IMG/VR virus record: IMGVR_UViG_3300040801_002535 | Reading direction: 5' to 3' (one strand) | DNA length: 59,732 nucleotides | From: a virus | In this document: positions 25,043 through 32,705 of the stretch, piece by piece | How the letters are laid out: the number at the start of each line of letters is the position of its first letter | How positions within the stretch are numbered: position 1 is the stretch's first letter | The notes under the pieces: model-generated | Seen by the model: the letters and a program-made list of their open reading frames with translations, nothing else | Told to the model about the DNA's origin: nothing | Database searches by the model: none | Position numbers and translations under genes: made by a program

Positions 25043-25071
25043 ATAATACCAAAACCAAGGAGTAGAGTCAA
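25043..25071 (-). promoter_or_regulatory. sigma70-type promoter (TTGACT-17-TATTAT)
   Basis: -35 at 25066-25071, -10 at 25043-25048. gtctctttt element upstream. Confidence 0.7.
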
Positions 25072-25091
25072 CGATAAAAGAGACTAAAAGT

Positions 25092-25120
25092 AAAAAAAAA
25101 AAGACCCGCCGAAGCGGGTC
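25092..25120 (-). terminator. Rho-independent terminator
   Basis: On the minus strand: gacccgc-TTCG-gcgggtc followed by an 11-T run. Confidence 0.85.
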
Positions 25121-25132
25121 GTTGGTTAAGGC

Positions 25133-25393
25133 TTAGTCTTCGTCGACGCTGGTGAGGTCTGCTAGGACCCAGATGCGCTCGTCAGATTCGGAAGCCATTT
25201 CGAAAGAATCTTTTCCGGTGGCAACATTGACGCCGACTTTGCCGGTACCGAAATACTCGGTGAGGCCAAGTGAGCTGTGCTCGTAAAGGACCGAAAAAAC
25301 TTGGCCGTTATTCACCTCGAAATTGGCAACGCTGCTACCAGCTTCGTTTCCGTTTGTGTCGATGCGCTTGACTGTAGTTTTTTGACGTTTCAT
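25133..25393 (-). CDS. Hypothetical protein (86 aa)
   Basis: AAAGGAGCTCAGC-ATG at 25393 (MKRQKTTVKRID...). Confidence 0.65.
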   Translation of the reverse strand: MKRQKTTVKRIDTNGNEAGSSVANFEVNNGQVFSVLYEHSSLGLTEYFGTGKVGVNVATGKDSFEMASESDERIWVLADLTSVDED

Positions 25394-25433
25394 GCTGAGC
25401 TCCTTTTTCTGAGTTTGTGTTCCTGTTAAAACC

Positions 25434-25462
25434 ATAATAGCACTAACCTAGAGTAGACGCAA
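25434..25462 (-). promoter_or_regulatory. sigma70-type promoter (TTGCGT-17-TATTAT)
   Basis: -35 at 25457-25462, -10 at 25434-25439. Confidence 0.7.
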
Positions 25463-25483
25463 CATAAAAGCGCACTAAATACT

Positions 25484-25508
25484 AAAAAAAAGCCCCTGTG
25501 AAGGGGCT
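25484..25508 (-). terminator. Rho-independent terminator
   Basis: On the minus strand: agcccct-tcaca-ggggct followed by TTTTTTT. Confidence 0.8.
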
Positions 25509-25513
25509 CAGCA

Positions 25514-25816
25514 TTAAAGAGTAATGTAGGTATCATACCAAACTTGCAGGTCATCATAGGCCGCGCCATACTCCCAAGGGAGCCGAGGGCGGAGCCATTC
25601 TTCGCCACTCGCAAACTCGAAAGTCATTTGGGTGGCGACCCAGCAAAGTTTTTCCATGGTCAGGTTCGGGTGCAATTCATCTGTGGTCGCTGCCCCGCCA
25701 TGCTCATATTCAACAAGGCATTCCCGAATGATTGAGGCGAAGCGAACGGCCTCCGGAATATCGGCGATTAGCGGCACCTCAATGCTCGCGTCGAATTTAT
25801 CTAATACGTCGGACAT
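25514..25816 (-). CDS. Hypothetical protein (100 aa)
   Basis: AAAGGGAATAAAG-ATG at 25816. Overlaps the upstream gene by 20 nt. Confidence 0.6.
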   Translation of the reverse strand: MSDVLDKFDASIEVPLIADIPEAVRFASIIRECLVEYEHGGAATTDELHPNLTMEKLCWVATQMTFEFASGEEWLRPRLPWEYGAAYDDLQVWYDTYITL

Positions 25817-26042
25817 CTTTATTCCCTTTCACTTCTTCAGCTGTATACCAAATATCAAGGGCCAACGCGCATGCTGCGGCGTCCATGAATTCCCCATCGG
25901 AGCGAGCATCGTGCATCATATCAATGAGGTCTTCGTGGCCGAGGGCATTCACGTCTTCCGAGTCTGCTTCCAAAGCTACCAAGTACTCATTGACACTTTT
26001 CTCCAATAGGTCTTGCATTCCTTTTGTGTAGATAAGTTTCAT
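25797..26042 (-). CDS. First leftward early gene: small acidic protein (81 aa)
   Basis: AAAGGAGAACAGC-ATG at 26042. 18 Asp/Glu against 9 Lys/Arg. Confidence 0.65.
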   Translation of the reverse strand: MKLIYTKGMQDLLEKSVNEYLVALEADSEDVNALGHEDLIDMMHDARSDGEFMDAAACALALDIWYTAEEVKGNKDVRRIR

Positions 26043-26081
26043 GCTGTTCTCCTTTGTTAGGGTTTCGTTCCTGATAAATAT

Positions 26082-26110
26082 AATATAGTATACTTCGCGT
26101 TCGAGATCAA
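26082..26110 (-). promoter_or_regulatory. Leftward early promoter (TTGATC-17-TATATT)
   Basis: -35 at 26105-26110, -10 at 26082-26087. gtctcttttt element upstream. Divergent from the promoter at 26246-26274. Confidence 0.6.
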
Positions 26111-26245
26111 CATAAAAAGAGACTAAAAGCAAAATAAATCGGCATCTATAGCGTGCCGAGGGCTCCAGTCCCATTATAGCGTACGTAGGCTAAAACATCA
26201 ACACCAAAGATCATTTTTTAGGTATTATTTTATATAAAAAACCAC

Positions 26246-26274
26246 TTGCATTTCCTATTTACTTATCCTATTAT
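26246..26274 (+). promoter_or_regulatory. Rightward early promoter (TTGCAT-17-TATTAT)
   Basis: -35 at 26246-26251, -10 at 26269-26274, 39 nt upstream of ATG 26313. Confidence 0.7.
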
Positions 26275-26312
26275 ACGGAAGTCTTATAAATAAATCGAAA
26301 GGAGGAAAATAC

Positions 26313-26528
26313 ATGGGCACAGAAGACTTTGACAAACCCGGCAAATTGCTCAGGGAAACCACTTTGCTGCTTCAGTCCGATAAAAGGACACTTATCCAGT
26401 TGCATATCGAAACCGGCCTCCCCTACTTTTGGCTGAAATCGCTTATCGATGAAAAGACCAAGAATCCGTCTGTTAATCGAATTGAATATTTGAATGCTAT
26501 ATTGAAGGAGCAGCAACTTGCGAAATAA
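26313..26528 (+). CDS. Small helix-turn-helix-like protein (71 aa)
   Basis: AAAGGAGGAAAATAC-ATG. The segment RTLIQLHIETGLPYFWLKSLID looks HTH-like. First rightward gene, overlapping the primase start. Confidence 0.6.
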   Translation: MGTEDFDKPGKLLRETTLLLQSDKRTLIQLHIETGLPYFWLKSLIDEKTKNPSVNRIEYLNAILKEQQLAK

Positions 26529-28800
26529 CATTCCACTTGAATTGCGCGAGCGAGACCAGTGGGTATGTGCCGGCCTTGATAAGAAACCTATCAATCCGCG
26601 CACTGGGCAAATGGCATCCCCGACAGATCCTGCCACTTGGGGAACCTTCGAAGAAGCCTGCCGAACCGGATACCCGAATGTTGGTTATGTCCTCGCATCA
26701 TGGGACCCCTACTCTATTATTGATTTAGATAATAAGCCGGAGAATCCTGCCACAGCTGAACAGCTTGCCCGCCATGACTCAATCATGGAAGCCTGCCAAA
26801 GTTATACCGAGCGCAGCACTTCAAAGACTGGGTATCATATTATTGTGCGAGGAGCTATCCCGTCCGGCGTTAATCGCGACCACATCGAAATGTATAGCAC
26901 TGGGCGCTATATGATTTGCACCGGCGATACGGTTCATCACCGGCCAATCAAGGACTGCCAAGAAATACTGACCGGAATGTACGGGCAGATGAAACCCGAG
27001 GTAACCGTCGAGCTCTCCGAACAGGATGGCGATGTCAGTGACATGGCTATTGTGGAGATGGCATCGGGCGCTGTGAATGGGGAAAAGTTTGATGCCCTCT
27101 GTTCAGGGGACATGTCTGAATACCCGAGCCAGTCAGAAGCCGATTTGGCGCTCCTGTCTATTATCGCTTTCTACACCCAATCCAATGAGCAGGTACGCCG
27201 CATCTTTAGAATGAGCGCACTTGGCAAAAGAGAGAAGGCCCAAAGAAATGATACCTACATCAACTTCGCCCTTGGCAAGATCAGGGCCAAGCAACCAGCG
27301 CCAGTCGACTTTGACGAACTTAAACTTAACGCGCAAGCGGCGATCGCTACTGCGACGGAAGATCGCCGAGAAGCAGAGAGGCCCGAAATACCCGCAACAA
27401 CTCAGCCCGCTCCAAGCCAGCATGAACAAGCGCCGATTTCTGAACCTGTGCCACTCCACGGCGTTGAACTTCCAATCGGGCTCGTGGGAGAGATGGCACA
27501 GTATATATACTCAAGTGCAATCAGACCCGTACCTGAAATCGCTCTTGCGGCGGCGCTAGCATTGGCAGCCGGCATTTGTGGTCGCAGCTATAATATCAGT
27601 GGCACCGGCCTGAATCAGTATCTTATCATTCTAGCCAAAACAGGCGCCGGCAAAGAAGGCGCTGCTACAGGCATTGATAAGTTGATGTCAGCGGCAAGGC
27701 CAACCATCCCGATGATTGACGAGTTCTCGGGTCCGGGATCTTTCGCCTCTGGACAGGCCATGATAAAGGTTCTAGATACTAAGCCATGCTTCGTTTCGAT
27801 TCTAGGCGAGGTTGGTTTAACCCTCCAGCAGCTCAGCTCTCCTCGCGCTAGCGGTTCTGAGATCATGCTGAAGAAAGTATTCCTTGACCTGTATTCAAAA
27901 TCCGGCTGGGACAAAATGCTCAAGTCAACCGCCTATTCCGATTCTGAGAAGAACACCAAAATAGTCCAAGCGCCGAATGTTACCCTGCTCGGCGAATCAA
28001 CCCCCGAGGCATTCTTCGATGGGATTGACGAGAGCCATATCGCCGAGGGCTTGATACCCCGATTCAGCATAATCGAATATAAAGGAAAACGCCCACCGCT
28101 CAACCATAATGCAGACCATGCACCGGACCAAAGGATGCTCGCGCGCTTTATCGAAATGGCAACCGTTTCCTTGACGATGATGAATAACGGCACTTGCGCT
28201 CCGGTCTCCATCGAGACGGAAGCGAATAACCTGCTACTGGCATTCAACAACGAAGCTGATTCCGTTATCAATAAGTCAAGCCAAGATGTTGAATGTCAAC
28301 TTTGGAATCGGGCCCACCTGAAAGCACTCAAGCTGGCAGGGCTGATAGCAGTCGGCACCGACCCGCATAACGCGGTAGTGACTCCGCAGATAGCGCAATG
28401 GGCAATCACCTTTGTGAAGAAGGATATCACGACCGTTGCCAAGCGGTTTGCATCCGGCGATGTTGGGCAGGGCAACGGAAAACAAATAGCCGATTTGAAA
28501 TCAGCTATCAACCATTTCTTAACTTCCAAACCCGGAGCGCTAAAGAGTTACGGTGTGCCAACCAATTTCCACAGTGACATGATAATTCCATACACTTACT
28601 TTCATCGGCGACTTGATAAGCGCGCCTCGTTTAGAAAAGATAGTGGCGGCTCAACCAGAGCAGTGCAATCCGCTATCCAAGTTCTAATCGACTCGGGAGA
28701 TTTGATTCAGATACCCCCGAAACAAATCACTGACAAGTATAAAAGCAGTTCGAAATGTTTCGCTGTTACAAATAGTTGGGATGGATCGTCTTATTTATAA
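26518..28800 (+). CDS. Bifunctional AEP primase-polymerase fused to a DUF3987/YfjI-like helicase-type domain
   Basis: Prim-pol motifs IIDLDNK, STSKTGYHIIV, EMYSTGRYMICTG. Central SQSEADLALLSIIAFYT (primase C-terminal-type helix bundle). C-terminal P-loop-like ILAKTGAGKEG. TTG start 7 nt after AAGGAG. Confidence 0.8.
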   Translation: MRNNIPLELRERDQWVCAGLDKKPINPRTGQMASPTDPATWGTFEEACRTGYPNVGYVLASWDPYSIIDLDNKPENPATAEQLARHDSIMEACQSYTERSTSKTGYHIIVRGAIPSGVNRDHIEMYSTGRYMICTGDTVHHRPIKDCQEILTGMYGQMKPEVTVELSEQDGDVSDMAIVEMASGAVNGEKFDALCSGDMSEYPSQSEADLALLSIIAFYTQSNEQVRRIFRMSALGKREKAQRNDTYINFALGKIRAKQPAPVDFDELKLNAQAAIATATEDRREAERPEIPATTQPAPSQHEQAPISEPVPLHGVELPIGLVGEMAQYIYSSAIRPVPEIALAAALALAAGICGRSYNISGTGLNQYLIILAKTGAGKEGAATGIDKLMSAARPTIPMIDEFSGPGSFASGQAMIKVLDTKPCFVSILGEVGLTLQQLSSPRASGSEIMLKKVFLDLYSKSGWDKMLKSTAYSDSEKNTKIVQAPNVTLLGESTPEAFFDGIDESHIAEGLIPRFSIIEYKGKRPPLNHNADHAPDQRMLARFIEMATVSLTMMNNGTCAPVSIETEANNLLLAFNNEADSVINKSSQDVECQLWNRAHLKALKLAGLIAVGTDPHNAVVTPQIAQWAITFVKKDITTVAKRFASGDVGQGNGKQIADLKSAINHFLTSKPGALKSYGVPTNFHSDMIIPYTYFHRRLDKRASFRKDSGGSTRAVQSAIQVLIDSGDLIQIPPKQITDKYKSSSKCFAVTNSWDGSSYL

Positions 28801-28915
28801 TATAGGGCATATTCCCCGCAAAGCTAGGAAGACGGTGGTGTTGCGGGTGAAATAATATAATAATAGGGGCCAAGGGTAAATAGGAAAAACAGGGAGTAGA
28901 TATTGTATCCCCCTA

Positions 28916-28972
28916 TAAGGGTTTTATCCTATATTATTATATTATTTATATTATTATTATATATAACCCTTA
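28916..28972. repeat. Inverted repeat TAAGGGTT / AACCCTTA enclosing a 41-bp almost pure A+T tract
   Basis: taagggtt (28916-28923) ... ttatcctatattattatattatttatattattattatatat ... aaccctta (28965-28972), inside the 248-nt non-coding gap after the primase-helicase gene. Confidence 0.9.
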
Positions 28973-29048
28973 GTGGCTGTAGCTTTACGGGTAATATGAT
29001 TATGTATTATTCTTTCTTAAACATATTATTAACTAAAAGGAGATGAAG

Positions 29049-29489
29049 ATGGGTGGTTTGTTTAGTCGTAACAAAGGTAAGCGAGGAGAGCGGGAAGTGG
29101 TGAAAGTACTTCAGCCGTCGATTGATTTGGTATATAATGAGTTCGGAGTAGAGCCGCCCCAGCTGTTGCGGAATCAGATGCAGAGTGCGGTAGGTGGATT
29201 TGATATTGTGGGCATAGAATGGATGGCACTGGAAGTTAAGTTTTGTGAGCAGCTTCAACTCTCGCAATGGTGGGTTCAGACGACTCGCCAAGCCAGCGCG
29301 GGTCAAACCCCAACTTTATTCTATCGAAAGAGTCATTGCAAATGGCGGGTTAAGTTCGAAGCGAAAGTGAATCATGGGAGGAAGATTGTGGTCATTCCTG
29401 TCGATGTCGAGATTGGCCATTTTATCCAGTTCTTTCAAATGCGATTGCGTCTAGAACTAGCAGAACGCTTCTCTGCCCCTCTAGTTTAG
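29049..29489 (+). CDS. PD-(D/E)XK endonuclease, Hjc-like Holliday junction resolvase candidate
   Basis: NKGKRGEREVVKVL ... GGFDIVG ... ALEVKF (E...D...E.K pattern). ATG 29049 lies 6 nt after AAGGAG; ATG 29043 is too close to the RBS. Confidence 0.6.
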   Translation: MGGLFSRNKGKRGEREVVKVLQPSIDLVYNEFGVEPPQLLRNQMQSAVGGFDIVGIEWMALEVKFCEQLQLSQWWVQTTRQASAGQTPTLFYRKSHCKWRVKFEAKVNHGRKIVVIPVDVEIGHFIQFFQMRLRLELAERFSAPLV

Positions 29490-29676
29490 ATCATATAATG
29501 GTCGAATACCACTCGAATAGACTCAATAGTGGGTGTATGCGAGGGTTATTTGGACATGTTGGGATTCTGGGAAGGCATTCGCCGAAAAATGGAGCCCATA
29601 TCGCCCGTATACGCTGCGATCTCGGAGGCATGCGGGTGGTACTATGTCCGGCAGAATTGAATAGCGTATCTGCCTA

Positions 29677-29874
29677 TGGTTCTAGAGGCTGTTTAGACAT
29701 GTCTATTTGAAGTTCTAGAACATGTTTAGCCACCTGTCAAACTAGTTCTAGAACCTGTCTTGCAGTGGTTCTAAAACTATCTAGAACCTGTTTTTGCTTG
29801 GTTCTGGAATCCAATAGAACTTCTTTTTTGGTGGTTCTGGGAGGTGCTAGAACCGATTTAAAAAGGATCTAAAT
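29677..29874 (+). repeat. Array of six direct repeats with exact 33-bp periodicity; core cTAGAACCTGTTT, combined with GGTTCT half-sites into GTTCTAGAAC palindromes
   Basis: TAGAAC (TAGAGG in unit 1) starts at 29683, 29716, 29749, 29782, 29815 and 29848. Perfect palindromes GTTCTAGAAC lie at 29712-29721 and 29745-29754. Split palindromes GGTTCTr-N8-TAGAACC lie at 29767-29788, 29800-29820 and 29833-29854. Confidence 0.9.
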
Positions 29875-29879
29875 ACGAG

Positions 29880-29908
29880 TTGAACCGAAAGCCCAGACAT
29901 CGTATATT
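29880..29908 (+). promoter_or_regulatory. sigma70-type promoter (TTGAAC-17-TATATT) immediately downstream of the 33-bp array
   Basis: -35 at 29880-29885, -10 at 29903-29908, 45 nt upstream of ATG 29954. Confidence 0.55.
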
Positions 29909-29953
29909 CTTTGCAGGGGATAAATAACGATTAATCAGAGAAGGGGTTTGCAT

Positions 29954-30256
29954 ATGATGACGGAAATAGAGCACATCCTAAAAAGATTAAGATATCGGGC
30001 AGAAGATGATAGACCAGATAACCTCACTAGTTTTGAGGTGACCGTTCTAGTTTCAGCCATTGAAGAAAACCAACGGCTGCGAGATGAAAAACTAATCTGG
30101 GCAAAATGGATAGTAGAGAAGACTCCGCCATTATTTAAAGACCACGCTTGTTTGCAATGCTGTCCAGATGATGATCCTGAATATCTTGAAGACGGTTTTG
30201 TTTGTGTTTATCATGAAGCACGGCAAGCCTTAGAAGGGGATTGGCGTGATGCTTAA
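29954..30256 (+). CDS. Hypothetical protein (100 aa)
   Basis: ATG 29954 lies 7 nt after GAAGGGG. Product MMTEIEHILKRLRYRAEDD...; Cys-containing C-terminal part. Confidence 0.6.
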   Translation: MMTEIEHILKRLRYRAEDDRPDNLTSFEVTVLVSAIEENQRLRDEKLIWAKWIVEKTPPLFKDHACLQCCPDDDPEYLEDGFVCVYHEARQALEGDWRDA

Positions 30257-30404
30257 ACGCTGGCTTGTCTTATTGACCAGTCCGATTTGGGCGCCAGTAG
30301 CAGTTGTTGGTTTAGTTGTAATGCACCTGTTGCTCTTCTTTATCGCATGGCCTCTTGTCTGGCTATTCACCGGCAAGGATGTTTACGAGGAGCTGGATAT
30401 ATGA
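30249..30404 (+). CDS. Small membrane protein (51 aa)
   Basis: Too short for the ORF track. MLKRWLVLLTSPIWAPVAVVGLVVMHLLLFFIAWPLVWLF... (two TM-like segments). Overlaps both neighbours (ATGA with the next gene). Confidence 0.5.
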   Translation: MLKRWLVLLTSPIWAPVAVVGLVVMHLLLFFIAWPLVWLFTGKDVYEELDI

Positions 30405-30568
30405 TTTTGTTTCTATCCGTACTGTGCGCCCTGCTATGGTTACTTGGTGGTTGTGCTTGGGTCGTCGCTGGAGAAGCCGCTGGTAATCAATACGCCAAAG
30501 ACCCGTTGAGCAGAGCAATCTGTTATGCGGTCTGGCCTTTTATGACATTGTTTGTAATCTTTAGCTAA
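30401..30568 (+). CDS. Small membrane protein (55 aa)
   Basis: MILFLSVLCALLWLLGGCAWVVAG... and C-terminal AICYAVWPFMTLFVIF. ATGA coupling to the upstream small ORF. The longer track ORF N-terminus is not protein-like. Confidence 0.5.
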   Translation: MILFLSVLCALLWLLGGCAWVVAGEAAGNQYAKDPLSRAICYAVWPFMTLFVIFS

Positions 30569-30581
30569 GAAGGAGTTGGAA

Positions 30582-31016
30582 ATGAAACGTTTGGTTGTAC
30601 TGCTACTTTTGACCGGAATGATAGCATCTTGTGGTGACGGAAACATTCAGGACCGGCTGATGGAGGACTTCACTGCTGGCACGCAGTTTGATATGCCATC
30701 GCCGGAGATACAGTTCGCCAGCGGGGTTAATTCCGACTTCGATGATACCATCATGGATAACCTTCCAGAAGACCAGCGCGTCTGGAATGAGAATATGATG
30801 ATCACCTTCAACTGGACCAGCCTCGAAGAGATCCAAGCCAAAGCAGCTCAGGCCGGCCAACCAAATAACGGTGCGGATATTTACGGGATGGCTTATCCTA
30901 TGGGCAACGTCTGTTACATCTATGCTCAAGTCCCACACGGCTATGACGATTACTTCCGGCTGTACATTATCGGCCACGAGCTGTTGCACTGCTGGGGATG
31001 GCCGGAACATGACTAA
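30582..31016 (+). CDS. Lipoprotein zinc metalloprotease (HExxH)
   Basis: Signal peptide plus lipobox LLLTGMIASC. C-terminal IIGHELLHCWGWPEH (HExxHxxGxxxH). AAGGAG RBS. Confidence 0.7.
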   Translation: MKRLVVLLLLTGMIASCGDGNIQDRLMEDFTAGTQFDMPSPEIQFASGVNSDFDDTIMDNLPEDQRVWNENMMITFNWTSLEEIQAKAAQAGQPNNGADIYGMAYPMGNVCYIYAQVPHGYDDYFRLYIIGHELLHCWGWPEHD

Positions 31017-31182
31017 CCTACCATCTCGAGGCCAGCTCTGTTATATCTGCGGTGGCACCTTAACCGCCGATACCAGAGGTAATCCGACCAATCAAATGGT
31101 TCTGGACCGGAAGAAACGGAAGGTCCATACTAAGTGTATGAAACGGTTTGAGAAGACCAAGCAGCAACTTAACCCAAATTGA
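31009..31182 (+). CDS. Small zinc-ribbon-like protein (57 aa)
   Basis: MTNLPSRGQLCYICGG...KVHTKCMKRF. Overlaps the protease gene stop by 8 nt. Weak RBS. Confidence 0.4.
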   Translation: MTNLPSRGQLCYICGGTLTADTRGNPTNQMVLDRKKRKVHTKCMKRFEKTKQQLNPN

Positions 31183-31194
31183 CAGGAGCTCCAA

Positions 31195-31719
31195 ATGGCA
31201 AAGCGCAACAAAGGTTTCAGAAGTAACAAACACAGCGTCTGCGTACTGCAGGGATGCCGCGAGATTAATCTCTACCGGCTGACTGCTGGGCGCTATGAAG
31301 AAGGCGGCATTCGCCCGACTTCCAAAATCACTCAGGTGTACGGCCGCGTGCCCTGTAACACCTCGGCTCAGCTTCCGTGGGAGCAGCCGCTCAATCCGAA
31401 CGCAATCGAAAATGTTGCCCGTGAGTGGGTTGCTGAGCAGTTCGTTATCAAGCAGGTCGAAGCGAATGACCAGCTTGAGTATCGTGTTACGTTTGACGAG
31501 CGGCACCGCATAAGCGCCAGCGATAAGTTGATCTGGTTTAAGGATGGCCGATATGTGGACGATGGCCGTGCCTACGAAATCCTCGATGACTACACCATCT
31601 CTCTTGGCCGCTATGATGGCGACTTTGATTACATCCTCGCACCAATGGTCTTGCTTGATAGCAGGTCCTTGGATATCCTTGAGCTGGGTGGGCAGTTATC
31701 TATCCACTGGGAAGACTAG
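31195..31719 (+). CDS. Hypothetical protein (174 aa)
   Basis: ACAGGAGCTCCAA-ATG. Followed by two TAGAAC copies and a terminator. Confidence 0.65.
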   Translation: MAKRNKGFRSNKHSVCVLQGCREINLYRLTAGRYEEGGIRPTSKITQVYGRVPCNTSAQLPWEQPLNPNAIENVAREWVAEQFVIKQVEANDQLEYRVTFDERHRISASDKLIWFKDGRYVDDGRAYEILDDYTISLGRYDGDFDYILAPMVLLDSRSLDILELGGQLSIHWED

Positions 31720-31740
31720 AACTTAGAACATAAAAAGAGC

Positions 31741-31772
31741 CTCTGGATTAGCCTCCAGAGGTTTCTTTTTTG
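31741..31772 (+). terminator. Rho-independent terminator
   Basis: cctctgga-ttagcc-tccagagg followed by tttctttttt. Confidence 0.85.
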
Positions 31773-31784
31773 GAACTGGATACC

Positions 31785-32096
31785 ATGTTTAAATATATCA
31801 TGCTCAGCGACGGCAATAGTGATTTCCCGATTATATTCCCGAAGATAATGGTGCATAGCGAAGTCGCTAGTGCTACCCGAAAGATTCTTCGACACACCCG
31901 CGGTAACAGCCTCGAGGTGGTATCAGCTGGTTTCGTTAGTATTAAACCGTCCGATAATATAATGGGTTTCTGGTTTGTTTGTCATGGGGAATCCGAAACC
32001 CTGCAATTGAAATCACGTCCGGAAGATAGCGCCATCGTAACCAATAATCCTTGGTGTCATGGGATAAAGGATAGTGCTCATATTATTTTCGAATAG
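31785..32096 (+). CDS. Hypothetical protein (103 aa)
   Basis: ATG 31785 (MFKYIMLSDGNSDFPIIFP...). Weak RBS. Starts 13 nt after the terminator T-run. Confidence 0.5.
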   Translation: MFKYIMLSDGNSDFPIIFPKIMVHSEVASATRKILRHTRGNSLEVVSAGFVSIKPSDNIMGFWFVCHGESETLQLKSRPEDSAIVTNNPWCHGIKDSAHIIFE

Positions 32097-32109
32097 TTCG
32101 CTTTTTTAG

Positions 32110-32138
32110 TTGACTCCGGAATGGGGTAGTGGTATTAT
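32110..32138 (+). promoter_or_regulatory. sigma70-type promoter (TTGACT-17-TATTAT)
   Basis: -35 at 32110-32115, -10 at 32133-32138, then the taatcaacagg leader. Confidence 0.7.
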
Positions 32139-32177
32139 TAATCAACAGGCACACCCACTCACCCAAAGGAGATCGCC

Positions 32178-32417
32178 ATGCTGAAACAATATCAAATCAC
32201 CCCAGTCAAAACCTACGCCAACAAAAAGAATGCCGAGCGCGCAGTTGCCAAGATGCTCGAAAAGAATCCCGGTCTGAATAAGCTACCCAACAATGCTCAA
32301 CTGGTTTGGTCAGTAATGTGGAACGAGCAAGGTCGTTGTTTTCCAGTCTTCTTCGGGATTACCGCTCTTGAAGCCGGTATCCACCACCTCGGTTTTAACT
32401 GCCTCGCATTCAGCTAA
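32178..32417 (+). CDS. Hypothetical protein (79 aa)
   Basis: AAAGGAGATCGCC-ATG. Confidence 0.65.
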   Translation: MLKQYQITPVKTYANKKNAERAVAKMLEKNPGLNKLPNNAQLVWSVMWNEQGRCFPVFFGITALEAGIHHLGFNCLAFS

Positions 32418-32457
32418 TCAATAGAGCGGGGCTTCGGCCCCGCAGAAGGAGCACATC

Positions 32458-32703
32458 ATGGCAATTCTCACTATCACAAATCAGGAAGAATTCGAAAGCG
32501 CCCAGCAAGAACTATTCGGGCTTGGTTTTGATTGGAAATACAGCGGCAGTAATTTTGTTATGACTCTTGATTTCACGGCCGGTCCAATCCTGCTGAACTG
32601 CAACCTCGACGATAAGACCCTGACTTGGGAACGCCATACGCCGAACGATGCTGTTCTTGCTTTCCTTCGCAGTGTACACGGCCTCACACCCAATAAGGAG
32701 TAA
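32458..32703 (+). CDS. Hypothetical protein (81 aa)
   Basis: GAAGGAGCACATC-ATG, preceded by the UUCG hairpin at 32426-32443. Confidence 0.65.
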   Translation: MAILTITNQEEFESAQQELFGLGFDWKYSGSNFVMTLDFTAGPILLNCNLDDKTLTWERHTPNDAVLAFLRSVHGLTPNKE

Positions 32704-32705
32704 CG

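Noticed and set aside
26161-26245. A second plus-strand TATTAT (26223-26228) in the divergent region as an additional promoter
   Set aside because: The sequence 17 bp upstream (aacacc) bears no resemblance to a -35 element, unlike every other family member.
29498-29710. 70-aa plus-strand ORF in the large non-coding region
   Set aside because: It has no RBS, its composition is not protein-like, and its 3' end is made of the first repeat units of the 33-bp array.
29677-29874. Possibility that the 33-bp periodic array is a CRISPR array
   Set aside because: Only a ~12-14 bp core is conserved per 33-bp unit, so there is no full-length repeat alternating with unique spacers. The units are built from palindromic half-sites typical of protein-binding DNA, and there are no cas genes.
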